Assembly (NCBI GenBank): GCA_905206805.1
Contig: CAJLIR010000003.1
Span: forward strand, 16,063-80,062
Reading direction: 5' to 3'
DNA from: an uncultured Bacillales bacterium
GTDB taxonomy: Bacteria; Bacillota_I; Bacilli_A; RF39; UBA660
Length of the DNA stretch: 64,000 bases
This document shows, piece after piece, positions 1-10,193 of the stretch (positions within the stretch are counted from its first letter, which is position 1; every line of letters starts with the position of its first letter). Made by a program: the position numbers and the translations under genes. The notes below the pieces were generated by a model that saw only the letters and a program-made list of their open reading frames with translations, did no database searches and had not been told where the DNA came from.

Positions 1-1
1 C

Positions 2-1336
2 GATAATTTAAAAAAATATGGATTTAAAATTATAAGATTAAAAACAGGAACACCACAACGTATTGATAAAAATAGTATAGATTTCAGTAAGACAAAACCA
101 GAATACGGTGATTCAACATATCATACATTCAGTTTTGATACAAATCCACTATACAAAATAGAAAATCAAGTTCCATGTCACTTAATATATACTACACCAT
201 TAACACATAAAATAATCAAAGATAATTTACATAAAGCAAGTATGTATGGTGGATTAAATGATGTTACTGGAGTTGGTCCAAGATATTGTCCATCAATTGA
301 AGATAAAATTGTAAGATTTGCAGATAAGGAAAGACATCAATTATTTCTAGAACCTGAAAGTTTATATTATGACGATATTTATCTTCAAGGTTTTTCTACA
401 AGTATGCCTCATGATGTACAAGAGTTGATGGTACATAGCTTACCAGGTCTTGAAAATGCGAAGATATTAAAATATGCTTATGCAATTGAATATGATGCGA
501 TAGATGCATTACAGTTAAAACCATCTTTAGAAACAAAAATTGTTGAAAATTTATATACAGCAGGTCAAATTAATGGAACAAGTGGTTATGAAGAAGCTGC
601 TTGTCAAGGCTTAATTGCGGGAATAAACGCAGCCTTGAAACTTGAAAATAAAGAACCATTAGTTTTAAAGAGAAATGAAGCATATATAGGTGTATTGATA
701 GATGATTTAATAACAAAAGGAGTAAGAGATCCATATAGACTATTAACATCAAGAGCGGAATATAGACTATTATTAAGACACGATAACGCTGATATTAGAT
801 TAAGAAAATTAGGATACGAAGTTGGTTTAATAGATAAAGAAAGATACAATAAACTCCTTGAAAAAGAGAAAAAAATTAATGAATTAACAGAAGAATTAAA
901 AAATAATAAAATTACACCAAAAGAAAATATAAATAATTATCTACTAAATATTAATTCATCACCAATTAAAGATGGTATTACATTATATGATTTACTAAAA
1001 AGACCAGAAATTAATATGAATGATATAAAAAATTTTATAGATATAGATTACCCAGAGGATGTAATCGAGCAAGTAGAAATTAATATAAAATATGAGGGAT
1101 ATATAAAAAAAGCAAATAGAGAAGCAGAAAAAATGTTAGACTTAGAAAATAAAAAAATTCCAGAAAATATAGATTATGATAAAATTCATAATTTAGCAAG
1201 TGAAGCAAAACAAAAATTGAAAGAAGTAAAACCTATATCAATAGGACAGGCATTAAGAATAAGTGGAGTAAATCCCGCTGATATTTCAATATTAATGATT
1301 TATATAAAAAAGGAATATAACCATGAACATAAATGA
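2..1336 (+). CDS. mnmG: tRNA uridine 5-carboxymethylaminomethyl modification enzyme MnmG/GidA; the 5' end lies outside the window and the frame is open from base 2
   Basis: Frame 2 is open from the window edge. The translation (RLKTGTPQRI... GPRYCPSIEDK... LYTAGQINGTSGYEEAA) matches conserved MnmG motifs. It is followed by rsmG, as at bacterial origins. Confidence 0.9.
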   Translation, partial: DNLKKYGFKIIRLKTGTPQRIDKNSIDFSKTKPEYGDSTYHTFSFDTNPLYKIENQVPCHLIYTTPLTHKIIKDNLHKASMYGGLNDVTGVGPRYCPSIEDKIVRFADKERHQLFLEPESLYYDDIYLQGFSTSMPHDVQELMVHSLPGLENAKILKYAYAIEYDAIDALQLKPSLETKIVENLYTAGQINGTSGYEEAACQGLIAGINAALKLENKEPLVLKRNEAYIGVLIDDLITKGVRDPYRLLTSRAEYRLLLRHDNADIRLRKLGYEVGLIDKERYNKLLEKEKKINELTEELKNNKITPKENINNYLLNINSSPIKDGITLYDLLKRPEINMNDIKNFIDIDYPEDVIEQVEINIKYEGYIKKANREAEKMLDLENKKIPENIDYDKIHNLASEAKQKLKEVKPISIGQALRISGVNPADISILMIYIKKEYNHEHK

Positions 1337-2027
1337 TTTTATAAATGAATTAAAAAAAATTAATATTGAAATAAATGATTACCAATTAAAACAATTAAAT
1401 AGATATTATGAACTTCTTGTAGAATATAACGAAAAAATGAATTTAACCGGAATTACAGAAAAAAATCAAGTTTATTTAAAACATTTCTACGATAGTCTAA
1501 CAATAAATAAAATTATTGACTTAAATACTGTTCAAACATTATGTGATGTAGGAACGGGTGCAGGTTTTCCAGGAATGGTAATAAAAATATTATTTCCCAA
1601 AATAAAAATCACATTAGTTGATTCACTTAATAAAAGAATAGAATTTCTAAATGTTGTTATTAATGAACTAGGATTAAAAGACATTGATGCTTTACATTCT
1701 AGAATTGAAGATTATGGGAAAAATAATAGGGAAATATTCGATGTTGTCACTGCAAGAGCAGTAGCACCGTTAAATATTTTGTTAGAGTATTGTACACCTT
1801 TAGTAAAATGTGGGAAATATTTTATACCATTAAAAGCCAATATTTCCCGGGAAATATTAGAAATTAATAGTGCTTTAAAAGAATTAAATTGCACAATAGA
1901 AGAAAAATGTGAATTTATACTTCCATATGAAGAAAGTCAAAGAACATTAATAAAATTTAAAAAAATAGGTAAAACTAATAAAAAATATCCAAGAGTGTAT
2001 GCTCAAATTAAGAAGAAACCATTGTAA
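1323..2027 (+). CDS. rsmG: 16S rRNA (guanine527-N7)-methyltransferase RsmG/GidB
   Basis: 234 aa with the SAM-binding motif VGTGAGFPG. The mnmG-rsmG order is conserved and the start overlaps the mnmG stop. Confidence 0.85.
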   Translation: MNINDFINELKKINIEINDYQLKQLNRYYELLVEYNEKMNLTGITEKNQVYLKHFYDSLTINKIIDLNTVQTLCDVGTGAGFPGMVIKILFPKIKITLVDSLNKRIEFLNVVINELGLKDIDALHSRIEDYGKNNREIFDVVTARAVAPLNILLEYCTPLVKCGKYFIPLKANISREILEINSALKELNCTIEEKCEFILPYEESQRTLIKFKKIGKTNKKYPRVYAQIKKKPL

Positions 2028-2123
2028 TTTGGTTTTTTTTTAATTTGTGAAAAAAATTATTGAAATATTTCCCAAAATATAGTATGATTATAACTAGAAA
2101 ATAAAAGTGGAAGGAGAATTTAT

Positions 2124-3941
2124 ATGAACCACAAAAAAATAGTTGTAGAATTAGAACTTGATGATATTTTACCTAATAGATTTCAACCAAGATTCCGTTT
2201 TCCAGAACAAGCAATCACAGAACTTGCAGAATCAATTAAAGAACATGGAGTTATTCAACCTATACTTGTTAGAAGATTAGGTGATAAATATGAAATAATT
2301 GCGGGTGAAAGAAGATATAAAGCTAGTCTTTTAGCTGGAAAAAGAACTATCCCAGCTATTGTAGCGGAACTTAATGATAAAGATAGTGCTGAAGTAGCTT
2401 TAATTGAAAACGTACAAAGACAAGATTTAACACCAATCGAAGAAGCAGTGTCATATAGAAAAATTCTTGATATGGGATATTTAACACAAGAACAACTTGC
2501 AGATAAATTAGGTAAAACTCAATCAACTGTTAGTAACAAATTAAGATTACTTAATCTAGATGATGATGTTCAAGAAGCTTTATTAGATGAAAAAATTTCA
2601 GAACGTCATGCTAGATCCCTTTTAAAAATTGATAGTAAGCAACAACAAAGAGAAATATTAGAAAAAATTATTAAAGAAAGATTAACTGTTAAAAAAACAG
2701 ATGAGCTTATAAATAAGATTTTAAAAGGTGAAGAAAATATTTCGAATACTATTCAAGCAACAGAAATACCAAGTATTTTTATGAATAATAGTGTACAAGT
2801 TGAAGAACCAGCAATTCAAAGTTCTAGTGCAATAGAATTTATCAACTCAAATGATCAAGTAGTGAATTCATTTGGCAATACTAATACAAAAGATGAAGAT
2901 TTATTAGATTTTCTTAATGTAGATAGTACTGCTCCACAAACAGCACCTGTAGAGGAACCTGATGAACCTATTATCTATAATCCAGTTCAACAAGCAGATT
3001 TTACAACTGCAAATAATATGAATGATAATTATAATATACCAACAAGTCCAATAATAGAAGAAATAGAGCCACAACCAATTTCATCTTCTTCAGTAAGTAG
3101 TAGCGAGTCGGAAATAGATGAAATAAATAATAAGATAAATAATATTTCTAATGGAATTAATCCTGGTTTTGTTGATGTTGATAACATTGAAAAAAATGCA
3201 AAAGACATTTATGTTGAAAGACCATTAGCTGATATAGATAATTTATTAATGTCAGAAAATAATGAACATGAGCAACAAAATACAAATGTAGTTAATTCTT
3301 TTAATGAGCAACCTGTAGAACAACCTGTTCAACAAAATAAGTTTTTTACAATGTTTGCACCAGAAGAAAATGAAGTAAAAAACGAAGAAATAACTGATAC
3401 AAACGATGAAGAAGTATTTAATTTTACACCATCAATTGAAAGTAATAATTCTTTAAATCAATTTTTAACGGAAGAAGAACCTGTCACAACTGAAAATAAT
3501 ATTAATAATGTTGAAAGCACAGTAACACCTGAATTTTCATTTAACAATATTGATGCGATAAATAACAATATTAATGAAACACCAGAAATTTTAAATAGTA
3601 CCCCTGAAGTAACAACAGAAGAAATATTTGAATCTGCACCAATTACAGAATTGAATTATTCTAATGAAGATTCTATAGAAGAAATAGATGATGAACCAAA
3701 AATAATTAATTATCCTGCAGATAATATTCTTGCAGAATCAGTAAGAAAAGAAGATGTATTAGAAACAAAACAAGAACAAACTTCAGATGAATCAGTAGTT
3801 GATTTAAAAACTGTAATCAATACAATCAGAAACTGCGCTGATACAATAGAAAAATATGGTTTCGCACTTGAATGTGAAGAATATGATTTTGAAGATATGT
3901 ATCAAGTAATTTTCAAAATTCAAAAAAATGATAAATATTAA
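2124..3941 (+). CDS. ParB/Spo0J/Noc-family protein with a long acidic low-complexity C-terminal tail
   Basis: The N-terminus has the ParB nuclease-like box (IIAGERRYKAS; LIENVQRQDL) and an HTH (QEQLADKLGKTQSTVSNKLRLL). The remaining ~400 aa are rich in D/E/N/S/T and look disordered. RBS GGAAGGAG precedes the start. Confidence 0.7.
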   Translation: MNHKKIVVELELDDILPNRFQPRFRFPEQAITELAESIKEHGVIQPILVRRLGDKYEIIAGERRYKASLLAGKRTIPAIVAELNDKDSAEVALIENVQRQDLTPIEEAVSYRKILDMGYLTQEQLADKLGKTQSTVSNKLRLLNLDDDVQEALLDEKISERHARSLLKIDSKQQQREILEKIIKERLTVKKTDELINKILKGEENISNTIQATEIPSIFMNNSVQVEEPAIQSSSAIEFINSNDQVVNSFGNTNTKDEDLLDFLNVDSTAPQTAPVEEPDEPIIYNPVQQADFTTANNMNDNYNIPTSPIIEEIEPQPISSSSVSSSESEIDEINNKINNISNGINPGFVDVDNIEKNAKDIYVERPLADIDNLLMSENNEHEQQNTNVVNSFNEQPVEQPVQQNKFFTMFAPEENEVKNEEITDTNDEEVFNFTPSIESNNSLNQFLTEEEPVTTENNINNVESTVTPEFSFNNIDAINNNINETPEILNSTPEVTTEEIFESAPITELNYSNEDSIEEIDDEPKIINYPADNILAESVRKEDVLETKQEQTSDESVVDLKTVINTIRNCADTIEKYGFALECEEYDFEDMYQVIFKIQKNDKY

Positions 3942-3997
3942 AAGAATATACTTTATTGTATATTTCTTTTTATATAAAATAATTTGGAGGTAAAAAA

Positions 3998-4429
3998 ATG
4001 AAAAAAGATAATAAAAATAAAGAAAAAATTAAAATTACAAACAACATAAAAAAAGAAGTAAATGAATTTAAAACTTTTATTTCTAGAGGAAACGTTGTTG
4101 ATATGGCAATAGGTGTTATAATTGGTGGAGCATTTGGAAAAATTGTTTCAAGTCTTGTAAATGATATATTAATGCCACTAATCGGAATAGTATTAGGAGG
4201 ACTTGATTTTAGCAGTTTAAGTATCAAAATTAATGATGCTACTATTGCTTATGGAAATTTTATCCAAACAATCGTTGATTTTTTAATAATCGCCTTTTGT
4301 ATATTTGTAATGATTAAAATATTTGAAAAATTCAAAACAAAAGAAGAAAAAAAGAAGGAAGAACCAGTAAAAAGTTCTGAAGTTATTCTTTTAGAAGAAA
4401 TAAGAGATTTACTAAAAAATAATAAATAG
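3998..4429 (+). CDS. mscL: large-conductance mechanosensitive channel MscL
   Basis: 143 aa. The motif [34 protein letters not shown] is the canonical MscL TM1 region. RBS GGAGG precedes the start. Confidence 0.85.
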   Translation: MKKDNKNKEKIKITNNIKKEVNEFKTFISRGNVVDMAIGVIIGGAFGKIVSSLVNDILMPLIGIVLGGLDFSSLSIKINDATIAYGNFIQTIVDFLIIAFCIFVMIKIFEKFKTKEEKKKEEPVKSSEVILLEEIRDLLKNNK

Positions 4430-4555
4430 TCAAAGTTTTATTTATTATCAAAGTTATCACTTGTAATATCTGTTAATAAAATGATATATTAATTATATAC
4501 ATTTTAATTACATATAGAAAAAATTATGAAATAGATGTAAAGATGAGAATGATAT

Positions 4556-5300
4556 ATGCCAAAAATAAGTGTTATTATATCAATTTATAATTTTGAAACA
4601 ATGTATCTCAAGTATAACTAATCAAACCATGAAAGATATAGAAATAATAGCAATTAATGATGGATCTATAGATAATGACTTAAACATATTAGATAGTATG
4701 TCACAACAATATAAAGGTAAAATAAAAATATTTGACAAAGAAAATGGTGATGCAAGTTCTGCTAGAAATATTGGAATAGAAAATGCAATTGGTAAATTTA
4801 TTAAATTTGTGGATGCTGATGATTATTTGGGTATAGATGCTTTGAATAAAATATCACAAGAGAATAATGTTAAACTGGTTAGAGGAAATTATTAAACTAT
4901 AATAGGACCAATTAAAATGTAAGATAAATTAGTTTTAATAATAAAAAAGGTAATAAAATTGTAAATGTAAGAGAAAACAAAGATTATATTTTGACAGAAA
5001 CTCCGAGAATTGGTAATAGACTTATAAGTCGTGATTTGATAGGTGATTTAGGATTTCCAGAAAAACAAAATGGGAAGATTTAGCCATAATTCCTATTATT
5101 GTAGCTAACTCAGAAAAACTATTTAATATTGATGAACTTGTTTATAATTAGTAGAATCAATATTAATACTACAGTAAAAGATTTTATTAATAAAATTCCA
5201 AATATTTTAGATATATTTAAGTGTTTAGGAAGTATCGAGAGTAAGTTGAAATCATTAGGATTGTCAGAATAATACAATAACCAAATTGAAAGCTTATATA
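4556..5300 (+). pseudogene. family 2 glycosyltransferase remnant, frameshifted and interrupted by stops
   Basis: ATG at 4556 encodes MPKISVIISIYNFE, a GT2 N-terminus, then hits a stop. The GT2 DxD region (IIAINDGSIDN...VDADDYL) continues in another frame (ORF 4569..4895). The next 400 bp hold only short stop-riddled fragments. Confidence 0.5.
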
Positions 5301-5618
5301 TTCTACATACATTATTTAGAATTGAAAAAGCTATGCTTTTGGTTAATCTTCAGCATTAAAAAAAAGAAATAGTAATAAGTTCTTTACTAGGAATTTTAGA
5401 AGTAAAATACCCATATTGGTATGAGAATAAAATTATACAACAATATAGAAAACGAATAGATTATTTGATTTTCATATGAGAGTATTAGGTAATTTTATAA
5501 ATGAAAAATATAAAAATATGGATAGTGAAACAGCAGAAGCAAATATATTAAAATCTATTAAATAATTGACAAAATATAAAAATAGTATATAATATTCAAA
5601 TAAATATGGAGGGATAAT

Positions 5619-6395
5619 ATGGATACATTAAAAATAGGAAGTTTTAATACCAAAGATAATGCTACTAATAGAAAAGGTGGAATGCGAGAAGATGGTATTT
5701 CGAATGCTGATATTTTGGCTAGTCAAATAAAAGAAAATGAATTTGATTTAATAGGAACACAAGAATTAACAATTAAATATGTAAATGAACTTGTTTCAAG
5801 ATTAAAAGATTATAAATTTTATGGGAGTTATCGCTATGGAAACTTATTAACAAAAATACCATTTAATGAAAATAACAATATTATTACAAAGAAAAATGTT
5901 GTATTACAAAATACAATTTGGTTGCCTTGGATAGCTAATAATTTTTCCGACTTCAAAGACTCAATAACTAAAATGTCAATAATGCCACGTATTGCAACTA
6001 TTGTTGTTATAAAGAATCAAATAAATGAAGAAATATGTATGATTAATACTCATTTAGATTATCAAATACCATCTATTCAAAAAAGACAATTACAAGCTTT
6101 AAAACAAATAATTGAAAAGTATTCTAACAAATATCCAATAATATTAACTGGAGATTTCAATATGGAAATTACCGATCAAAATTTTAAAGATTTTATTTCA
6201 GATGTTAAAGATAAAAATTTAAAACGTGTAGAAATAAATGAAAGTACTTGGTATGATAAAAATGGAAATGGTAAAACATTGGATCATATATTTTTACCTA
6301 ATGACTGGGATATTCAAAATGCTGGTATTATAGATTTAAAAGATACATCAGATCATAAAGGAATTTTCGTAGAGACAAATGTAAAACATAAATAA
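5619..6395 (+). CDS. endonuclease/exonuclease/phosphatase (EEP) family protein
   Basis: 258 aa with EEP-family blocks (GTQEL; INTHLDY; ILTGDFNM; TLDHIFL). A strong RBS GGAGGG precedes the start. No signal peptide. Confidence 0.65.
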   Translation: MDTLKIGSFNTKDNATNRKGGMREDGISNADILASQIKENEFDLIGTQELTIKYVNELVSRLKDYKFYGSYRYGNLLTKIPFNENNNIITKKNVVLQNTIWLPWIANNFSDFKDSITKMSIMPRIATIVVIKNQINEEICMINTHLDYQIPSIQKRQLQALKQIIEKYSNKYPIILTGDFNMEITDQNFKDFISDVKDKNLKRVEINESTWYDKNGNGKTLDHIFLPNDWDIQNAGIIDLKDTSDHKGIFVETNVKHK

Positions 6396-6420
6396 GTTTG
6401 AATATAAAACTAGTCTTCAA

Positions 6421-6466
6421 TTGATATGAACCCCGTTTCTTGGACATAGAAACGGGGTTCATATCA
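6421..6466 (+). terminator. Rho-independent terminator-like hairpin after the EEP gene
   Basis: Perfect inverted repeat GATATGAACCCCGTTTCT / AGAAACGGGGTTCATATC with GC-rich stem and short loop, immediately downstream of the stop at 6395. Confidence 0.6.
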
Positions 6467-6592
6467 GATTTACACTTACCAACACTATTTATAATAAAAC
6501 CATATAAATAAATTTGTAACTTAGTTAGTATATGGTTAAATATTATAATATAGTTGGTTAATAAATAATTTTTATATAAGGAGCATTTTAAT

Positions 6593-7711
6593 ATGAAATA
6601 TGATAAATCAGAAGAGAAAGAAAAGTTAGAAAAAACAAATGAAGAATTAATTAAATTTATGAAAGAATATCCTAAAAAAATTATATCATTAACTGCAATT
6701 GGAAATTCAATTAGTGATGGATATTCTATGTCAGAACCTGGGAGATTACTTTTAGATAGAAATTTAGGATTAATAGAAATTGGTAAAAAAAATGATGTCA
6801 TAGTTAGAAAATATCAACTTTCTAGAAGTGAAAATAATAATTCATTGGCAGTAGCAAATTGGATCCGTAATAATTGTACCGAACAAGATTCTTATAATTG
6901 GAACATAGAAGATTATAAACGGGCTATAAAAAATGGTAATACTTTACTGACAGAAGAAGAAATAGAAAAGTATTTATCAAATGGCAGTAATAAAAAAATA
7001 CAAGATGTAATATTGAAATCAAAACAAGAAGAAGCTAATATCGTTATTTTAAATTTAGGTACAGGGTCATTTTTAGATATTTTAACAAGGCATGGAAGTT
7101 TAACAATACCTAGTATTTTTGGTTCATTACAAAGAGATATAATGGGAATATCTCAAATTTTAGAATTAATACAAAATAGTAATAGAGAAAATAAACAGCA
7201 TACACAAGTATATTTATGTGGCGCACCTAGAGTGATGAATACAGTAATAACTGATTTGACAATGAATACCTCTATAAAAAAAATAGGTAAAGAATATGCT
7301 AATGTTACGTACGTTCCATCATTTCCAAGACAAGCTTTTTATAAAACAGAAAATGGATTAATTTTACCTGATCCACATTATAATCATGCTGAATATTATC
7401 ATTTTTTAAATGAAATTGAAAAAAATATTATAAATAGTTATTTAGTTAGAGATTTAATGATAGATATGGATAATATGTTGTATCAGTTAAGTAGAGAAAA
7501 TGATATCAAAGGTGCAAGTAATAATAGTGATGATGCATTAGATATTATAAAGAGTATTGCAAAAAAATATGAAAATAAAGATGGTGATTATAATTATTTT
7601 CTTGAACTATCAAAAGTATATATTAAAAATAGATATCCGTTTGATTTCTACAGACTTTCACCTAAAAAAAATATTGGTAATAGTATAGATAACTTGAAGA
7701 AAAAAAGATAA
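6593..7711 (+). CDS. hypothetical cytoplasmic protein, possibly SGNH/GDSL-like hydrolase
   Basis: 372 aa. The N-terminal block AIGNSISDGYS resembles SGNH block I (GDSxxD). A later DPHYNH could be a block V D-x-x-H. Good RBS (AAGGAG). The assignment is weak. Confidence 0.45.
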   Translation: MKYDKSEEKEKLEKTNEELIKFMKEYPKKIISLTAIGNSISDGYSMSEPGRLLLDRNLGLIEIGKKNDVIVRKYQLSRSENNNSLAVANWIRNNCTEQDSYNWNIEDYKRAIKNGNTLLTEEEIEKYLSNGSNKKIQDVILKSKQEEANIVILNLGTGSFLDILTRHGSLTIPSIFGSLQRDIMGISQILELIQNSNRENKQHTQVYLCGAPRVMNTVITDLTMNTSIKKIGKEYANVTYVPSFPRQAFYKTENGLILPDPHYNHAEYYHFLNEIEKNIINSYLVRDLMIDMDNMLYQLSRENDIKGASNNSDDALDIIKSIAKKYENKDGDYNYFLELSKVYIKNRYPFDFYRLSPKKNIGNSIDNLKKKR

Positions 7712-7898
7712 TAACATTAAAAATAATGGAAAAAAATCATTATATTAAAGATAAAATAAATTATATTTCTTTTAAACTTAGAACATTTTTTATAAAAAAA
7801 TCATTAATTATTATAAAAAATATATAAAAACTTTATAATCACAAATTTAATTACTATTTTCAATAATCTTACTTTATACTTTAGTTTTAACTTATAAA

Positions 7899-7970
7899 AA
7901 AACACTTGTGAATCAATTATATGATGAGTTAAAAATTTTATTTTCAAATAATCATGTTGAATATTTTGTT
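7899..7970 (+). pseudogene. short relic of a uvrB 5' end (about 24 codons)
   Basis: In-frame translation is [24 protein letters not shown]. It matches UvrB residues KTLAGQLY(G/A)ELKE(L/I)FP(N/D)NHV(E/C)YFV seen in the 8860 fragment and the intact uvrB at 45801. No start codon; it sits in AT-rich non-coding DNA. Confidence 0.45.
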
Positions 7971-8138
7971 TTATTTATATAAATATACTAAAAAGATTTT
8001 TAAGATTTATTTAATATCTCTAAAATAACATAAATAAAACTATATAAAATTATAAATGATAAAATAAATTTGTGTACAAAAACTAAAAAAAATGTTACTA
8101 TATATACTATAATGTTATATAGGAATGGAGATTAGAAT

Positions 8139-8540
8139 ATGGCAACATTAAACTTGCAAAGCGGTTATATTGCCGACGCAATAATAGAAACAAAGAAAAA
8201 CAGATTTAATGAAAATTTTACAACAATGGGTGAAGTTAATATTGTTAAACAAGTGGTTGAAAGAAGAATTCAAGAAGAAAATTTAAAAGTTCAAATTACT
8301 AATGGTTTTTTTGACAATTATTTTAATATCATAAATGGAGTAATTACTAAAAATGATAAAGAATTTCAAACTTTAAAGATTTTTATATCAGGAAGTAATA
8401 TTCGTGAAACAAATAAAATTCGTGAAACAATTTATGATGAAAATTTAATTTGTTTATGTCTTTGTGAAATTAAAAATAATCAACTTAAACTTAATAATGT
8501 AAAAAATAAATATAAAATACACAAGTTCAACTTGCGATAG
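8139..8540 (+). CDS. hypothetical protein
   Basis: 133-aa ORF with RBS GGAATGGAG. No recognisable motifs. Confidence 0.4.
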   Translation: MATLNLQSGYIADAIIETKKNRFNENFTTMGEVNIVKQVVERRIQEENLKVQITNGFFDNYFNIINGVITKNDKEFQTLKIFISGSNIRETNKIRETIYDENLICLCLCEIKNNQLKLNNVKNKYKIHKFNLR

Positions 8541-8859
8541 CTTATGCTATGGTTTATTACGTGGAGAACATGTAAATGATTGTAGTAAATGGACTCATAA
8601 TTTAGAAAAAATAATAAAACAATTGAAATATAAGATTGTTGTAGAAAGATTTTTTTATAAGTATAACAATAAAACAGGAAGTTTGTGCTTCCTTGTTTTA
8701 CTTTCAAATAAGTGTTAAAATTATTACTAGAAAATATTTAATTTTACTTTGTTATATTTATTAATTTGTAATTCAGACTCACTTATTTGTGTATCTATAA
8801 AATTTTATTAGTATATTAAATCTTAGAATACAAATTAATATTTATGTAAGGAGGAATTT

Positions 8860-9126
8860 ATGTTTGAATTAGTATCAAAATTTAAACCAAATGGTGATCA
8901 ACCAGAAGCAATAGATGCACTAGTTAATGGAATAAATGAGGGAAAAAAACATCAGGTTTTACTAGGTGCCACTGGAACAGGAAAAACATTTACAATCGCA
9001 AATGTGATTGCTAATGTTAATAAACCAACACTAGTTTTGGCTCATAATAAAACTCTTGCCGGTCAATTATACGGTGAATTAAAAGAATTATTTCCAAATA
9101 ACCATGTTGAATACTTTGTCTCATAG
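8860..9126 (+). pseudogene. truncated uvrB 5' copy encoding only the first 88 aa of UvrB
   Basis: The 88-aa translation carries GDQPEAI and the Walker A motif GATGTGKTF and aligns at about 80% identity to the N-terminus of the intact UvrB at 45801. It has its own RBS AAGGAGG and stops right after NHVEYFVS. It lies just outside the left repeat of the ICE. Confidence 0.8.
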
Positions 9127-9229
9127 TATAGTAACCACTCGAAAACCCTTTTATTTCAAGACTTTTAGTTTTATTTAGTCCCTCGAAAATACCAAAAAAA
9201 GACTAAATAAAACTAAATAATAAAATGTA

Positions 9230-9254
9230 AATTTGTGGCTGAAATTCGTATCCA
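9230..9254 (+). repeat. left copy of the 25-bp direct repeat (candidate attL core) AATTTGTGGCTGAAATTCGTATCCA
   Basis: Identical 25-mer to 45670..45694. Next to it is a 16-bp inverted repeat TTAGTTTTATTTAGTC / GACTAAATAAAACTAA (9166..9216) holding TTATTTAGTC motifs that also occur twice beside the right copy. Confidence 0.6.
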
Positions 9255-9362
9255 TTCGTGTCCACTATAAATATATATCTAAACTGATTTATTTAATCAG
9301 TTTTTTTTGTGTTTACTTTGCTGCGTAGAGATAGCGTGGCAGATTAGAAAGGAGGAAAGTAA

Positions 9363-10193
9363 ATGAATAATTGCAAGGTAATAGCTGTTACCAATCAAAA
9401 GGGTGGAGTTGGAAAAACAACAACTACATTAAGTTTAGGTGTTGCTTTATCAAAACTTGGTAAAAAAGTTTTATTAGTAGATGCTGATCCACAGGGTGAT
9501 CTGACAACTTACATGGGATGGTATAATCAATATGATATTCCAGTTACAATTTCTGAATTAATGGAATATGAAATAAATGATAAATCAATAAATTCTAAAG
9601 ATGCTATATTACATCATAAAGAAAATATTGATTTAATTCCATCTAACCTAGATTTTTCTACAATGGAAATGAAATTGATAAATGCAATGAGTAGAGAACA
9701 TACTATGAGAAGATGTTTAGCAGACTTAAAAAAGAGTTATGACTATATTATAATTGATTGTATGCCATCACTTGGTATGATTACAGTAAATGCTTTAGCA
9801 AGTGCAGATAGAGTAATAATACCTGTTCAAGCACATTATCTAGCATTAAAAGGGATGGGAAATTTATTATCTACTATTTCAAGTGTAAGAAAACACTTAA
9901 ATCCTGATTTGCAAGTTGGTGGAGTTCTTTTAACTTTAGTAGATAATAGAACTAATTTAGCAAAGGAAATAAAAGAAGAATTAGTTGCAAACTATGGTAA
10001 TTTAGTTAAAATATTTAATACTCAAATACCTATTGCAATAAAAGCGGCAGAATCAGCTTCACAGGGTAAAAGTATATTCAGCTATGATAAAAATAGTAAA
10101 GTTGCAGAAGCATATTCTTCATTTGCTAAAGAGTTAATAAAAGATGAAAGAAATAAAACAAAAGATGCATCTTCCAGAGATGACAGTAGATGA
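9363..10193 (+). CDS. parA: ParA/Soj-family partition ATPase
   Basis: Deviant Walker A KGGVGKTTTT; downstream blocks VLLVDADPQGD and IIIDCMPSLG. RBS GGAGG precedes the start. Confidence 0.85.
   Translation: MNNCKVIAVTNQKGGVGKTTTTLSLGVALSKLGKKVLLVDADPQGDLTTYMGWYNQYDIPVTISELMEYEINDKSINSKDAILHHKENIDLIPSNLDFSTMEMKLINAMSREHTMRRCLADLKKSYDYIIIDCMPSLGMITVNALASADRVIIPVQAHYLALKGMGNLLSTISSVRKHLNPDLQVGGVLLTLVDNRTNLAKEIKEELVANYGNLVKIFNTQIPIAIKAAESASQGKSIFSYDKNSKVAEAYSSFAKELIKDERNKTKDASSRDDSR

Noticed and set aside
570-849. Minus-strand ORFs inside mnmG (570..752, 604..849), and similar antisense ORFs throughout (e.g. 12157..12399, 25720..25965, 36892..37107, 53168..53650)
   Set aside because: They lie entirely antisense to well-supported conserved genes, lack RBSs, and have low-complexity AT-codon-driven composition. 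These are shadow ORFs.
8860-9126. Treating the 88-codon uvrB fragment as a functional small gene or as part of the ICE
   Set aside because: It lies outside the 25-bp direct repeats. It encodes only the first 88 aa of a ~650-aa enzyme, without helicase motifs beyond Walker A. It is best explained as a pseudogene left by recombination at this hotspot.
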